From Trichoplax adhaerens (taxonomy: Eukaryota; Animalia; Placozoa): a stretch of 64,000 bases of DNA. The DNA lies in the NCBI RefSeq assembly GCF_000150275.1, contig NW_002060946.1, forward strand, positions 3,553,454 through 3,617,453, given 5' to 3'. Made by a program: the position numbers and the translations under genes. Under the pieces are notes generated by a model. It was given only the letters and a program-made list of their open reading frames with translations. It did not search any database and had not been told where the DNA came from. Positions 24,309-36,882 of the stretch are shown here, one piece after another. Numbering within the stretch: the first letter of the stretch is position 1; each line of letters begins with the position of its first letter.

Positions 24309-26389
24309 ATGAAAGGTGAAACAAAGGTATGCAAACTAGCAAAAAATAAAAACCACTTGGAAGCATACTGTAGTGCTGCTGACTGCCAAATGATATAGAG
24401 AGCAAGTGAGCGGCAGGGGCAAGAGGCAAAAAAATTCATTAGACAACCATCGTCGCTGTCATCATTTTCCATCATACTGCCGTTTTATCGTGCGATCATC
24501 AACCACCTTTGAAAATGCTCTTTTCTGAAAGTGATTATGCCCGAAAAGTGGATAACACACAGCGCTCAACCAAGTGGGCTGTTGAAAATTGGGAGTCTTG
24601 GCGTAAGCAACTCAATGAAAAAAACAACGAAAATGTCAAGGAGTTATCGCAGATGAGTGTTAGCGAATTAAATGAATGGTTAACACGATACATTCATGAG
24701 ACTCGTCGCCAAGATGGTGGCCCATATCCTGCACGCAGCTTATACTTACTGTTGTATGCTCTTCTTCGTCACATGCGAGATAAAGGTGTTACTGATAAAA
24801 ATTTCTTAGATGAGAAAGATGAACGTTTCACTTCATTCCATGATGCACTGAAGAAGCGTATCGAACAAGTAGCTAACATTTCCAATGACCCCATCAAGAA
24901 AAGGCTAAAAGTATCCAGTATTGATGAGTCAAAACTATGGCAAACTGCTGTATTAGGAGATGCAACCTCATGGACATTGCAAAATACCGTCTTCTTTTAT
25001 AACAGTAAATTGTTTACCATTCGAAATGTCGACTCTCATCGTACACTAGATGCTAACCAATTTGAAATCGGGTCTGACAATTTGGGTAAATATGTCCGCT
25101 TTATCCGCTCTATCAACGATAGCAACGGTGCTAAAGAGGCAGAAAAAGCTCCCAGTTTATCCACCATTTTCCGTCGTAAAGAGCAAAGTAATGATATAAA
25201 ATTATATGCTCGTGATATGAACAGTCGAGTTTACCATTGCTATGAAGTTTATCTGTCAATCGTGCCAAGACATGGCCCATTCTATAGAAGACCCATTAAA
25301 TCAAGCGGGTTACTTAGCTTTCATTCTCAACCGGTCGGCAAAAATAGACTTGCAGTAATGCTAAAAGAAATGTGTGAGCGCGCTGATGAAATTTATCACG
25401 AATTTGTTAGCAAAAAACAAGTAAATGGCTCAGCAATCAGTCTAGGTCAGCGCCATTTGCCAATGCTTTTACCGCGGCCTGATGAGCCCAGCCCTTCAGA
25501 TAGCCCTTCACCTACGCGAAGAAATCTCTCCAACCAAAATAGCACAGAAGATGATAGTACTCGACGTAGCGATACCATGTCAAAGAGAGGTCAAGGCTGC
25601 ATCGAATGCTCGTCATCATTTAGGTCTACATCAACTACTAGCAACGCAACAAGCAATCAGTATCCTTTATCCACCGCTACATCGTCTCCATCTACGGTAA
25701 GATCCGGCATATTTTCAATCAATGGCATTATGAATAAAGCCAATTCAAATAATGAGGTCAAACCATGCAGTCATGATTCAGCTATATCGCATTCTAAACA
25801 AGATTCCAACATTTCTACATCCATAAACTCAATTTCCGATAAAGCTCGGACAGAACAAGACAAATCTAGTAATTTAGTATCTGCTCTATCTCCGTCTGAC
25901 ACGGTTGATGATGGTAACAATAAATTGAAAAGACAACCTGATCGCCCTAATAACGTCGTTCAGATTCTTCCCATTACAGACCCTAAGTTGATTACTTTGC
26001 AAAACGGTAACAAAATAATCAACAACACCAACAGTACTGCTATCATACTCAAAGATTCCCCTCTTAATAACGATAACGTCGATCAACCAAATACTAACGG
26101 AAAAAGGATAAGCGATCATGCTAATAATTTGACAGATATCATAGTGACTAAGAAATCAAGGATAGACCAAGACGATAAACAAAGGAATTCTCTCAATTTT
26201 ACTAGTATGGAAAATAGTCTAGGTTCATCAGTATTTGATAATTGCGACATCAATGTGTATTACCTAGGCTCACAGACCAAGGTAAATGTCTCGAACGGTA
26301 ACTTAATACCACCTTCCATGTTCGAATCATGCTCATTTAATGATTGCACATTCAGTGTTTACTACTGTGGCTCTGAAGAATGTTCTTAA
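24309..26389 (+). CDS. DUF3504 (Crypton tyrosine-recombinase-derived) protein, ZMYM/QRICH1/KCTD1-like domain with a low-complexity tail
   Basis: Long open exon 24443-26389 with first in-frame ATG at 24515; an optional upstream exon (ATG 24309-24326) splices in frame. Motifs NTxxSTKWAV..W..W, LNEWLTRYIHETRRQDGGPYPARSL, LWQTAVLG, LQNTVFFYN..LF.IR...HR.L, FYRRP and QPVGKNRLAVMLKEMC. Confidence 0.85.
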
Positions 26390-29300
26390 TTGAATGTATT
26401 TTTAATTTGGGCTACTTTTTAATGATACATCAATTCATTGATACTTATCAGTGTATAAAATACGAAATTTTTATGAACTTTTCCATTAGATATTACTTAA
26501 CACATGTTAAAAGTATATATATATATATATATATACTTAATACCGTACAATATGATCGTACTTTAATATTCGATATAAAACTCTTTGGGTAAAATTTAGA
26601 AAAATGTTAATTATGTACATTCTTAAAATCTGTTGTAGCGGTAAGATTACGGTGATGATATGTATCAAATGATAAAATTGCATGTCTATATGGTTAATAT
26701 GTTATATAATTTTTGTGCTAATTCACCAATAACTAATGCCGTCGTTTTTGCCGTATCTATTAGTAATCGAAATTTAATGTAGTATCCATAATATTTCTTC
26801 CGTACGTATAATTAATGTATCCAGTATGCATGTGTACTATACGTAAATATATATATCGTAATAATACAACAGCATACACAACTAGTGTAACACAAGTATG
26901 GTTCGATAATAAAATGAACCTAGCATGCTTTTCTCGTGCTTCTAACCTCAAAATTCACTGTTACCTTATTATTCACGTGTCTTTAATTTTCACATACACA
27001 TACGAGAATGTATTAATTTTGCCATATCTCTAGAATTCATGGATCAGTCGTAGTAATAATATTAGAAACACGCTTTCCATATAAGCAATGTAGCGAAAGT
27101 TTACATGTGAAACTTTTGTTGAAGTCCTTGCAATTTAAAATGCGTTACTCAATATCGAAACAAGATATTTAACAAAATTTATCTTCATCTGCAATTGACA
27201 TCTATAGAGTAGTCGCGGCCGCGTACTTTATCTAATTTTGGATCATACATAATACGTGTTGATTAATTTCAGGGCAATCCAACGATACACGTACGATATA
27301 GTTGGCATGAGATTATTTCTAGGTTCATGAAGTATATCTTAAATAATTATTTTTATATATTCGATAGTTTAGAGTTGCAAATTTTATTATTGGACTTGCT
27401 TCACTCCCTTAAACATTTACACCTTTATTGTCGATCAATTCATTAAAAACATGCGATTATTTTAATACATTACACTATTAACAATAAAGGCGTGATTATA
27501 GTTGAAGCACAGACAGTTTATCTTACAAAATTCAACTATCAAGCTATATATGTAGGCTGCTTGGTGTTTCTACGGTACTCTATGTGATAATTTATTTAAT
27601 TATTAATTACTGTACAGTATATATTATTGTTGATAGATAGAAATATACAGTATATGCAAAAAACGTCAAGCCGGTCTTTGATCATTTACAGACCATGATC
27701 ATTTCCTCTATGCCCATCACTGAGATTCGCGAATATACCGGTTTATTAGCCTAGCTAAGAAACAAAAATACTCCTTTGTGCCACAGATTTTAACAAAATA
27801 TTATGCTAATTATTGCATATTATATGAGACAGGAATAATGATCGCTAACCTCGATATTTACATAAAGAAAGAAGCATAGTAATTAAAACGGTTATTTTTT
27901 TGATGTAAATTTCGATCTATATTGTAATCAACCATGTCATACTATATGACTTTGAATAACCTTTGGCAAATTGACAACAGCTTCTCAGTCATATGATGTT
28001 ATTCCATGAAAAGAGTCAAAAATGAAAAACTTTTCTTTTTCTTGATCTGAAATTATTTCTATAGTACGCTAGCACGATATTACTTGTTATACTATACAGT
28101 AGATCCATCTGATAGATGTTGAACGCTCACTATAAGACACGTCACAGTGTGCTAACTATAGCTATCATATGATATTATTCCAATATAAAAATAAAAATGA
28201 GTGACTTTTCATTTTCTTAATCTCAAATTGTTCCTATCATCATTATTAACTCTACATTACTTGCTCTAGATCCATCTGATAGGTGTCAAATACTTAGGTG
28301 TTTTTTTAGGTAACTCTGGGATACAGTCCAATAAGCAGTAATATGGAAAATTACAAACTACTTCCATGACTAGTAGTATAGTTTTTATTATTATAAAATT
28401 AAATCGTTGTATGATATAGTACGGTGTTTAATCCAAATTTACGGTAATCTTTATCCAGCCGCTCAGGAAGTTACGAACTGTACGTTAGCATACGAGATGT
28501 AAATTTTTTTCTTCTTCCTTAGGTCTAGTAGCGTAAGTTAGAAGATGAGTGCGTTAGCTTATAACGATGACCTCTCCGCTTAGTATTGTTTAATGTAATT
28601 GTAGAAGTAAAATAATATAATGCATCTAAAAATGATGAATTAATTTTTTATACGCATCTCTATAGAGAAGAAAAGGCCAATCGCCAGTCAGATATCACGT
28701 TATCATTTTATTAGCTACTAATTATATATCCCTGACAAGAACAGTAAATTTGCATGTCTTAACTATTCAATGTCTATATTCTGATTTTTACCTCTATATG
28801 GAAATTTAAAAGGTCAATGAAAGCTTTTTAAATGTTTGTTATTCAATAATAACGTATAACCTGTTTATTTACTGACTACATAACACAATGTTATACTTAG
28901 CCGGATAATCTGCATAACTTATGTTGAGGAAATCTCCACCCGTTACAATTATTTTACATAACTATGATTATCGTAATGAGTTCCAGTAACTATTTATATT
29001 AAAGTAGAATTATATAATACAGCATATACGTTTACAAACAAGACGTAATGTTATTATATACTGTCTTAAAATGCGTGGTAAGCGTATAATTATTTGATAA
29101 CTTCTATACACGTATTATGCAATTTACACTCGGGCGTACACGATCAGATGGGGTCTATAGACAGCAAGATGGTGAGGCTCATGACTATCAGTTACAATTA
29201 CTCTTTATGCTTGTAGGTAACAATCTTCATAAAATGGCATAGTCTATACCACAACAATGTACGAAGTGCATATGTGATGATCATTAAATCAACTAATTAT

Positions 29301-31069
29301 TGCCACCTTCAGCTGTACGTCAAGTTCTATGCGTTGGTCATATAAAAAGTCTTGAAATCATAACATCTTTCAAATAAACACATCAGCCTTTGGTATACCA
29401 TACGTCGTATGTAACCGAATCGCCAAGTACGAATGTGAATAGAAAGGGTCAAAATTTTTAACATATTTGGAGTTTACAGCGTGCTGAGCATGTGATTGGT
29501 AAATAGTACGATATTATAGACGGACTATAAAAAGTAGTTAATTCAATCATTTTGACCGCAATGGATGAACTAATTTTTAAGAGCTGATTGTATTTCACGA
29601 TTGGACTAACGATGGGTGCAAAGTCGTATAGTTCTAGAATCAACTTTTAGTATTTTTAACAGAGGTTTCATAGTTGTATTATGTTACGTTCGTAACATAA
29701 GTTCTGTGTTTTAATGAGATTGTAGGAATGTGCAGTTTCTATCTCCCACAATCAATACGCAATTTTTGAGTATCGTAATACGTCTATTTTGGATTGTTAC
29801 GTTGCAGAGTAAGATATTATATCAGTAGATTTTAAACTTTTGCTGACACTAGCGTAAGTACTCGTATTGCAAGAATTATTTCAGCAATTGACAATTAATT
29901 ATAATATCGCGTAACATGTAGTGTGATCAACCTCTACGTAAATAAAAATACCGTAATAGAATATAATTTAAAAATTGGGGATTTAATCCAATGTATTCCG
30001 TCTTAATAAAAATAAATTGGCTCTCATTTATTAGATAAACTTTTAAAACCGTCCATTACTGTCAGTCTTGCCTCTTTTACCTTCTAGGAGTCGGTGAGTT
30101 AAGCGAAATAACTTTTCATGGCAATATACTGTATACTCGCATTTTATTGGAGCAAATAAAAAGGTACAAATACTATGCAAATGCATTCTATTGCTGTTAT
30201 TGTAAATGATATACTGTAGTTAATACACAGCAAATCCGTCAAATTTTACCATCCTAGAAACAGTGGTAGGGACTAGGAAAGATTCAATTTAAAAAAAAAA
30301 ATAGGCTTAAAACTTTTATAACTCGAACACAAACGGCACTCACCCAGTAGGGGTTCTATACAAGATTTTGTTTAGGGATCTATTATAAAAAAGGGGAGGC
30401 AAATTTAATGAAGTTCACAATAGTACAAACAAGAAAATAGCTATCAACGCGTTAATACGTCGTCGCGGCATTAACATTAGCCATTTTAATAACTTTTTTA
30501 CGTCACTGTCTCACAAGTCATAACTATGTCTGATCCCTTAAAGTCCTTGATAACAATGAAAATAATTTTAATTAATTTAATTTTAATGTTAATACAGTTA
30601 TTAAACAAAATGAATCAATTAGCTCTGAAATGTGATTGAAACCAGGCCATCCGAATATGGTATTATCACTGATAGAATTTTAAGCTAGGTGTCTTCAATA
30701 AATTTTTGAAAGTCGACATCGAGTTTATTTTTTGATTATTTATAATTAATAGTGTTGACTCAAAAATCGATCTGGAAACAATAAACAATGACAGGCTTCG
30801 CCATCCTGCTTAATGATGATCGGTATTCATCAGTGTTTTGCAATTTCCTTCCTCTTCATTAAACCTTATTAGTGCTTTTTGTACGGGACGTAAGAACTAT
30901 GCGGTGTGCACTGTACCGTGTAGTAGTCGATATGGAAGTCGATGATATGGAAGATTACGCTACTTGAATGTTGATATCACTACAGCCTTGCATAAGGGAC
31001 TACTCAAGTAAAAACGTTCCTATTTTTCCACCGTAGCCATCTCTCTACATTCTCGACTCCCTTTCTCTA

Positions 31070-31128
31070 ATCTACTCCTCTCTCTTACGATAGAATCGGG
31101 GATTATATAGTAAGGGAGGAGAGTAGAT
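31070..31128 (+). other. Long symmetric hairpin (pre-miRNA-like geometry)
   Basis: 28-position stem, 31070-31097 paired with 31101-31128: 23 Watson-Crick pairs, 2 G-U pairs, three 1x1 mismatches and a GGG loop. Confidence 0.4.
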
Positions 31129-31775
31129 CGGACTACCGGAAATTACAGCAGAAAGTAAAGAGGAGAGGAGAGGAGAGACTTACGCGCCATACTGTACTTT
31201 GATCGGGAAGAAAGAAAAAAAAAATCATGGTTTAACTGGTTTAATTGCCACACACTTCAAGTAGAGTACAGTATGCTGTTGAGCGACCCATCTAATGTAC
31301 AGTACTCTCTCTGACATTCGGCCTGGCCTGGCCTGGCCACTGTCGCTAGTCATTAAAGTACTAGTATTGTCGAGATTTAATACTGTACACATATGAAAAA
31401 TTGACCGGATTTGGTTGAAAAATGCCCACATATAATATTTGGATTTGGAAAAGGATCATAATGTACTTTAATGCAGATTGCAGAGGTGTGCTGTATACTG
31501 TACTACAGTAGTGAAAATTACAGTCAATATACATAGAGTAACCAGTGACCAAAGAACTGACCGATCCAATTCTGTACAGTACTTCTATGCAATCAACACA
31601 ACAATATAATAAGGAAGTAAAGTACTAGATTTGGATTGGAATGATATGACTTTAGTAACAAAAATATTGACATCACAAATAAAATATATAAATATTTTTA
31701 TTAAAAGGAATCCTATCAAAACGCATGGGTGTGGCATCTGTATCATAATATTATAGCAATACTCAGAGAGCATTA

Positions 31776-32341
31776 TGTACCATAATAACATTATACTGTA
31801 CTTCACAAGGAATATCTTGAAATGACATTTCTAGAAATTGAGTAACTTACAGAATTCATTCTTATATCATTCAAACAGCATTTTGTACCATAATAAAATT
31901 ATACTGTACTTCACAAGGAATATCTTGAATGACATTTCTAGAAATTGAGTAACTTACAGAATTCATTCTTATATCATTCAAACAGCATTTTGTACCATAA
32001 TAACATTATACTGTACTTCACAAGGAATATCTTGAATGACATTTCTAGAAATTGAGTAACTTACAGAATTCATTCTTATATCATTCAAACAGCATTTTGT
32101 ACCATAATAACATTATACTGTACTTCACAAGGAATATCTTGAATGACATTTCTAGAAATTGAGTAACTTACAGAATTCATTCTTATATCATTCAAATCAG
32201 CATTGAGTACTTATATCATTCAAACAGCATTTTGTACCATAATAACATTATACTGTACTTCACAAGGAATATCTTGAATGACATTTCTAGAAATTGAGTA
32301 ACTTACAGAATTCATTCTTATATCATTCAAATCAGCATTGA
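31776..32341. repeat. Near-perfect 107-bp tandem repeat, 5 copies
   Basis: Units start at 31776, 31884, 31991, 32098 and 32233. Unit begins TGTACCATAATAACATTATACTGTACTTCACAAGGAATATCTTGAATGACATTTCTAGAAATTGAG. The fourth unit is 28 nt longer because of a partial duplication. Confidence 0.97.
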
Positions 32342-33027
32342 ATGCTTCGTGTGGGCAAAAATGAATGAATTCATTCTTCTCGTATGAATGTGACCGGATC
32401 TATTCGGGTACTGAAGCGCTTGCGCAATCAGATCAGATCCGTCTGACTGCTTCAAAGTCCGTCCGGTCTGGTCTGACCACCTACGCCGATGAAATGATTT
32501 CAATTTTATTTTTAGAAATTTTGTAATCAGTGTCCCTGCGCCCTCTACAGTGTACAGTGCCGTTCTACAGTACTTCTAGTCCCAATCCTACCGTACAGTA
32601 CTGTAGCATAGACTAGTGTACAGTACTAAAAATGGCTAAAAAATTCTTTCCTACAGTACTGGACGTACAGTACATGACATGACAGTGATGACACTATACT
32701 GTACTGTACAGTACAGTATAGGTTCATAAAGGTATTGGACCGAACCGAACCTTTCTCAGGCCTACATGACAGTACCGTACAGTACACTGTATTGTAGATA
32801 CGGCACCAAAGCGATATTGTACTGTACACTGTACACTGTACCGTACAGCACTGTTCCCTACTCCCATTCTTTGCTAGAACCTTATTAATGTGTTGGCATG
32901 TTTGAAGCGGCCTAGTTCCACTCACTGTAACTGACTGTATTCCTCCTACACCTTACCGACGACCGAAAAGTTTCACCACATTTGTCAACGTCTTACCACC
33001 TGAAACATCAAAAGGAAGTTTAAAATC

Positions 33028-34542
33028 ATGGATCAAATACAAAAAATGTTCGGCATGGGCAAGAAGAAGCAGGGTGGACCACCAACTACTTCCGATGCTA
33101 TTCAAAAGTTGCGAGAAACTGAGGAAATGCTCGAGAAAAAATCCTCATACATCGAAGGGAAAATCGATAGCGAAATCACTATCATCAAAAAGCATGTTCG
33201 AACGAACAAACGAGGTCAGCTGCCGTTAATATAATGTAATGATGTATGAATCTTTCGTTATTAAAGCCAAATTGGAAATAGCTAATCCATGATGGTAATA
33301 TTGATTTCATTTTGTAGCGGCCTTAAATGCACTTAAACGTAAGAAAAGATTGGAAAAGCAATTAGGCCAGATAGATGGCACATTATCAACGATTGAATAT
33401 CAACGTGAGGCTTTAGAAAATGCCAATACGAACACTGAAGTCCTAAAGACGATGGGTTTCGCCGCTAAGGCCCTAAAATCGGCTCATCAACAACTGTAAG
33501 TACATTTCACTAATCTAGCCCAATGAATAACGACGATCAGTACATACTGTACTGTAAAAATTTGCTAGGACCTTGCAATAGAAACGAATAGTACTCTAGC
33601 TTCAAACTAGTAACCGACCGATCAAGTATCAAACTAAGTTCATTTCAACAGTTGCGTCCTAATCATCTCGGTATGAGTGGCACGTTACTATACTAGCAAT
33701 GAAATGGACGATATAAGTGCGATCGGGCTTTGCAGAGTCATGACAACATATTCCGCTAATAATGAATCACAACAATTTGACGATAATGTCGAAAAATTGA
33801 ATTACTGCGCTACAATCAATTTTAACATTATCCTCAGTAGTTTATGGAAAATTTTGAATATTATCATCTCCTACATGAAAATTTTTATATCGTAGCGTCG
33901 TTAATGCTAAATAAGATAACTTTGAGAACGTTACTATAACCATTCGTAATTCTTATAAAATAGGAATGCCGACGATGTACATGACCTAATGGATGATATT
34001 GCTGAGCAACAAGAGGTTGCTAATGAAATTTCAAACGCCATTTCCACTGGCATAGGCTTTGGTCAAGATCTAGACGAGGTATGAGGCAATTTTATCACAA
34101 TTAAATTTCCATAGTCTTGTTGAAAACATATCTACTATCTTGATCCATATTGAACAAGCATGATAAGACTATAAATAAAAGGATACTGTGACTACTTCAA
34201 TAAACACTAGTGTTATCGGTGCTATTTCTGCCTCAATTTTTCTCTTAATAACTCACCAATACAGGATGAATTAAATGCCGAACTTGAGGAATTAGAACAA
34301 GAAGAATTAGACTCAGAATTGCTTGACGTTGAGAAGCCTGAAGTTCAATTACCGACTGTACCATCCGATGAACTACCAACAGGTACGCTAATTTTAGTAG
34401 TCGCAAATCATTCTATTCAATCGTTCAATGGATTATTAGTCGATTGACCGAGATTATTCTATGTTGTTTAGTGAAACAAAAGGCCAAGCCTAAACCAGAA
34501 GCAGATGAAGAATTAGCTGAATTGGAGGCCTGGGCCTCGTAA
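33028..34542 (+). CDS. CHMP4: ESCRT-III subunit CHMP4/Snf7
   Basis: Exons 33028-33214, 33318-33495, 33964-34078, 34265-34382, 34472-34542. Motifs AIQKLRETEEMLEKK, NKRAALNALKRKKRLEKQLGQIDGTLSTIEYQREALENANTNTEVL, DEDELNAELEELEQEELD and C-terminal ELAELEAWAS. Confidence 0.97.
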
Positions 34543-36882
34543 AATTGAGCATGTACTTTATTTAAATCGATTAACATCAACCATCATATATTTACTGTAT
34601 TCGATCAAGATATTCATTGTTACAAATCTATCTCCTTAAACCGATTTTATGACCTTACTGTGTTACTGTAATGTAAAGATAAGCTAATTTTAGAAGCCTT
34701 TCCAATAATCGTAGCTACATTCAATTTTATACTGTATACCTCGTCTAGTTTATGCTTTCGCCGTAGCACGCAGTAGTATTTCGTTATAATAATAAGACAA
34801 TTTTAAATTGAGTACTGGAATCAGTACTGTCAAATACTTATCAGCTCCAACTGCGGCCTTTAAAAATGATCATTGCCTATTCTCTGTGATATAGTTTATC
34901 GCTTTAACCGATTGCTACAGTGTGTTGTAATCATTTCAAACAAATCTCGGAAATATTCTAGTCGTATCACGACATTAAGATACTTTCTATGGTATTTAAG
35001 AGCTAAGGTTGGGTTTTTGTAGAATTTAATTATGCCTTGATTAGTTTACTGTTGTAATGTACTTATTTCGGTTATTTTTCCGCCGAACTAACATAGCTGT
35101 CATCGCAGACTTTACAATTCACCGTAAATCTGTAACAACAAACGGTATACTTATATTTGTATTCTTGCAATACCGAATAAAATTACCTTCTATGAGATTT
35201 TATTATTTTTGCACCGTAGATTATAACTTACTAGGTGTATAATTTAGCGTACTTTGACAGTGCATCGGCGTTGCATGATTGCTAGATACGGCAATATGTA
35301 CAACCATTTAGATAGGCATTCCTGTCTAATATACTAGAGTTGAAGAAAATGCCTTGGCTAACTCTAGAACCTGATCGCAAGTGAAATTTCTACTGGATGT
35401 ACAGTATATTAGTTATCGTAGAGCAGCGTTATTAGCCTGTAATGTATCAGTAGGTGTAATATACTGCAAATATCATTTTATGTACAAGATAAACCGTAAT
35501 GCTACGTTTAGCATATTAGACTATCAACTCGTATGAGCTCGAGGACATATACCGTATACGTGCTATTTTAGAGTCATGCTTGCGATATGGTCTACTGTAC
35601 AGTAATGATAATCATCTTTATTTATGGTTTTATTAAATATAAATGAATATGGATTTATAGCCGCATTGATAAACTAGAAATTTAGATAGTATTGTCGAAA
35701 TTTGTATGAAAACTAATTCTGAATATCATCATGAACGCTTACTTAATCCAGTCTCAATATTGACTGTACTTGATTCAACGGAAACGAAAGTATTTAGGAT
35801 TACTTTCCTTAGCATTAGTTGCGACTACATTTTCCCAATTTCATTATATTATAAAAAATAGATCAGAAATTCTACTCAAACTGCTCCGATTTCAATTTAT
35901 TGTACTCGTTTGATGGCTGTACCGTAGTTGCACGAGAAGTTGATAGTTCACGTGTCATACGTTAACCAGGTTATAAAGAGTAAATATGGACAGTTTGCTT
36001 ACGGCGGACAACTGTACAGTGTACAAGCGTAGTGTATATTGTACATACAGGCAGTGCTTCGATCAATGTTGTTCTGGTACTATGAGTAAACTAATCATGA
36101 CGAAAAGATAGAGTATTTTGTACTGCATGTACCGTCATAATTCTTGCCTTGTCTACTTTGACGATTATGTTAACTGCATGATGATCAACTGAAAAATGAA
36201 CTCTTGCTCGCGTTCCGGCATTTCTACGCGTCCAATCTGGTACGACCGCAATGCGGTAGTTGGTGGATAGCGTATTGAGACGTTGACAAAGTATCGCTTA
36301 TTTATTATTATCCACTTGACTTTGATCCTTTGAACTAGATTGAAAACGATCAGCTATTGCATGCATTGCCATGGAATAACGATCAATTTTAAATATAAAA
36401 ATTATCCAAAATTCACTTCTGCTGCAGTCATCGCAGCTAGACGAACCCCCCCCCAGGCCTGCCAATGAGCACCACCACGACTCTAACCCTTCCATTGCCG
36501 GACGGGACGGGACGGCCAGCCGATTGCATTGTTCCCATGCCCTTGCCGATAACCTTCCTCATCGTAGGCGTCGCCAGATTACCCTACTGCTACCTCGAGA
36601 GTATACCGTATCTGTCTGTCTGTACTGTTATCTGTACAGTACAGAATTGTTTACCGTTGCCTATACCAGATAGTAGAAAAATGACAAGAGTACTGCTGAC
36701 GGTACTGCCAAATGCTCAGGAAATAAGCACGCCAAGGATCACCAGCAGCGCTTGGACTAGTCCATAATTAATTAATTATAATTCAAAGTGGAGTGGTAGC
36801 CGCAGTGGATGGAAGCTTTCCATCAGGAGGAAAGAGTGTAGTGGTAGTTTTACATGGACTAGTAAACTTCCAATTGGAATCC

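Noticed and set aside
24309-26389. Active Crypton or other autonomous transposon
   Set aside because: The catalytic HxxR and Tyr region is missing and no element boundaries are visible.
27985-28050. C/D-box snoRNA-like segment (ATGATGT...CTGA); similar weak cases at ~13560-13670 and ~29143-29190
   Set aside because: Imperfect C box, no terminal stem, and no rRNA guide complementarity that I could recognise.
28100-28290. Direct repeat TAGATCCATCTGATAG, two copies about 170 bp apart
   Set aside because: Too short and isolated to call an element; probably a decayed local duplication.
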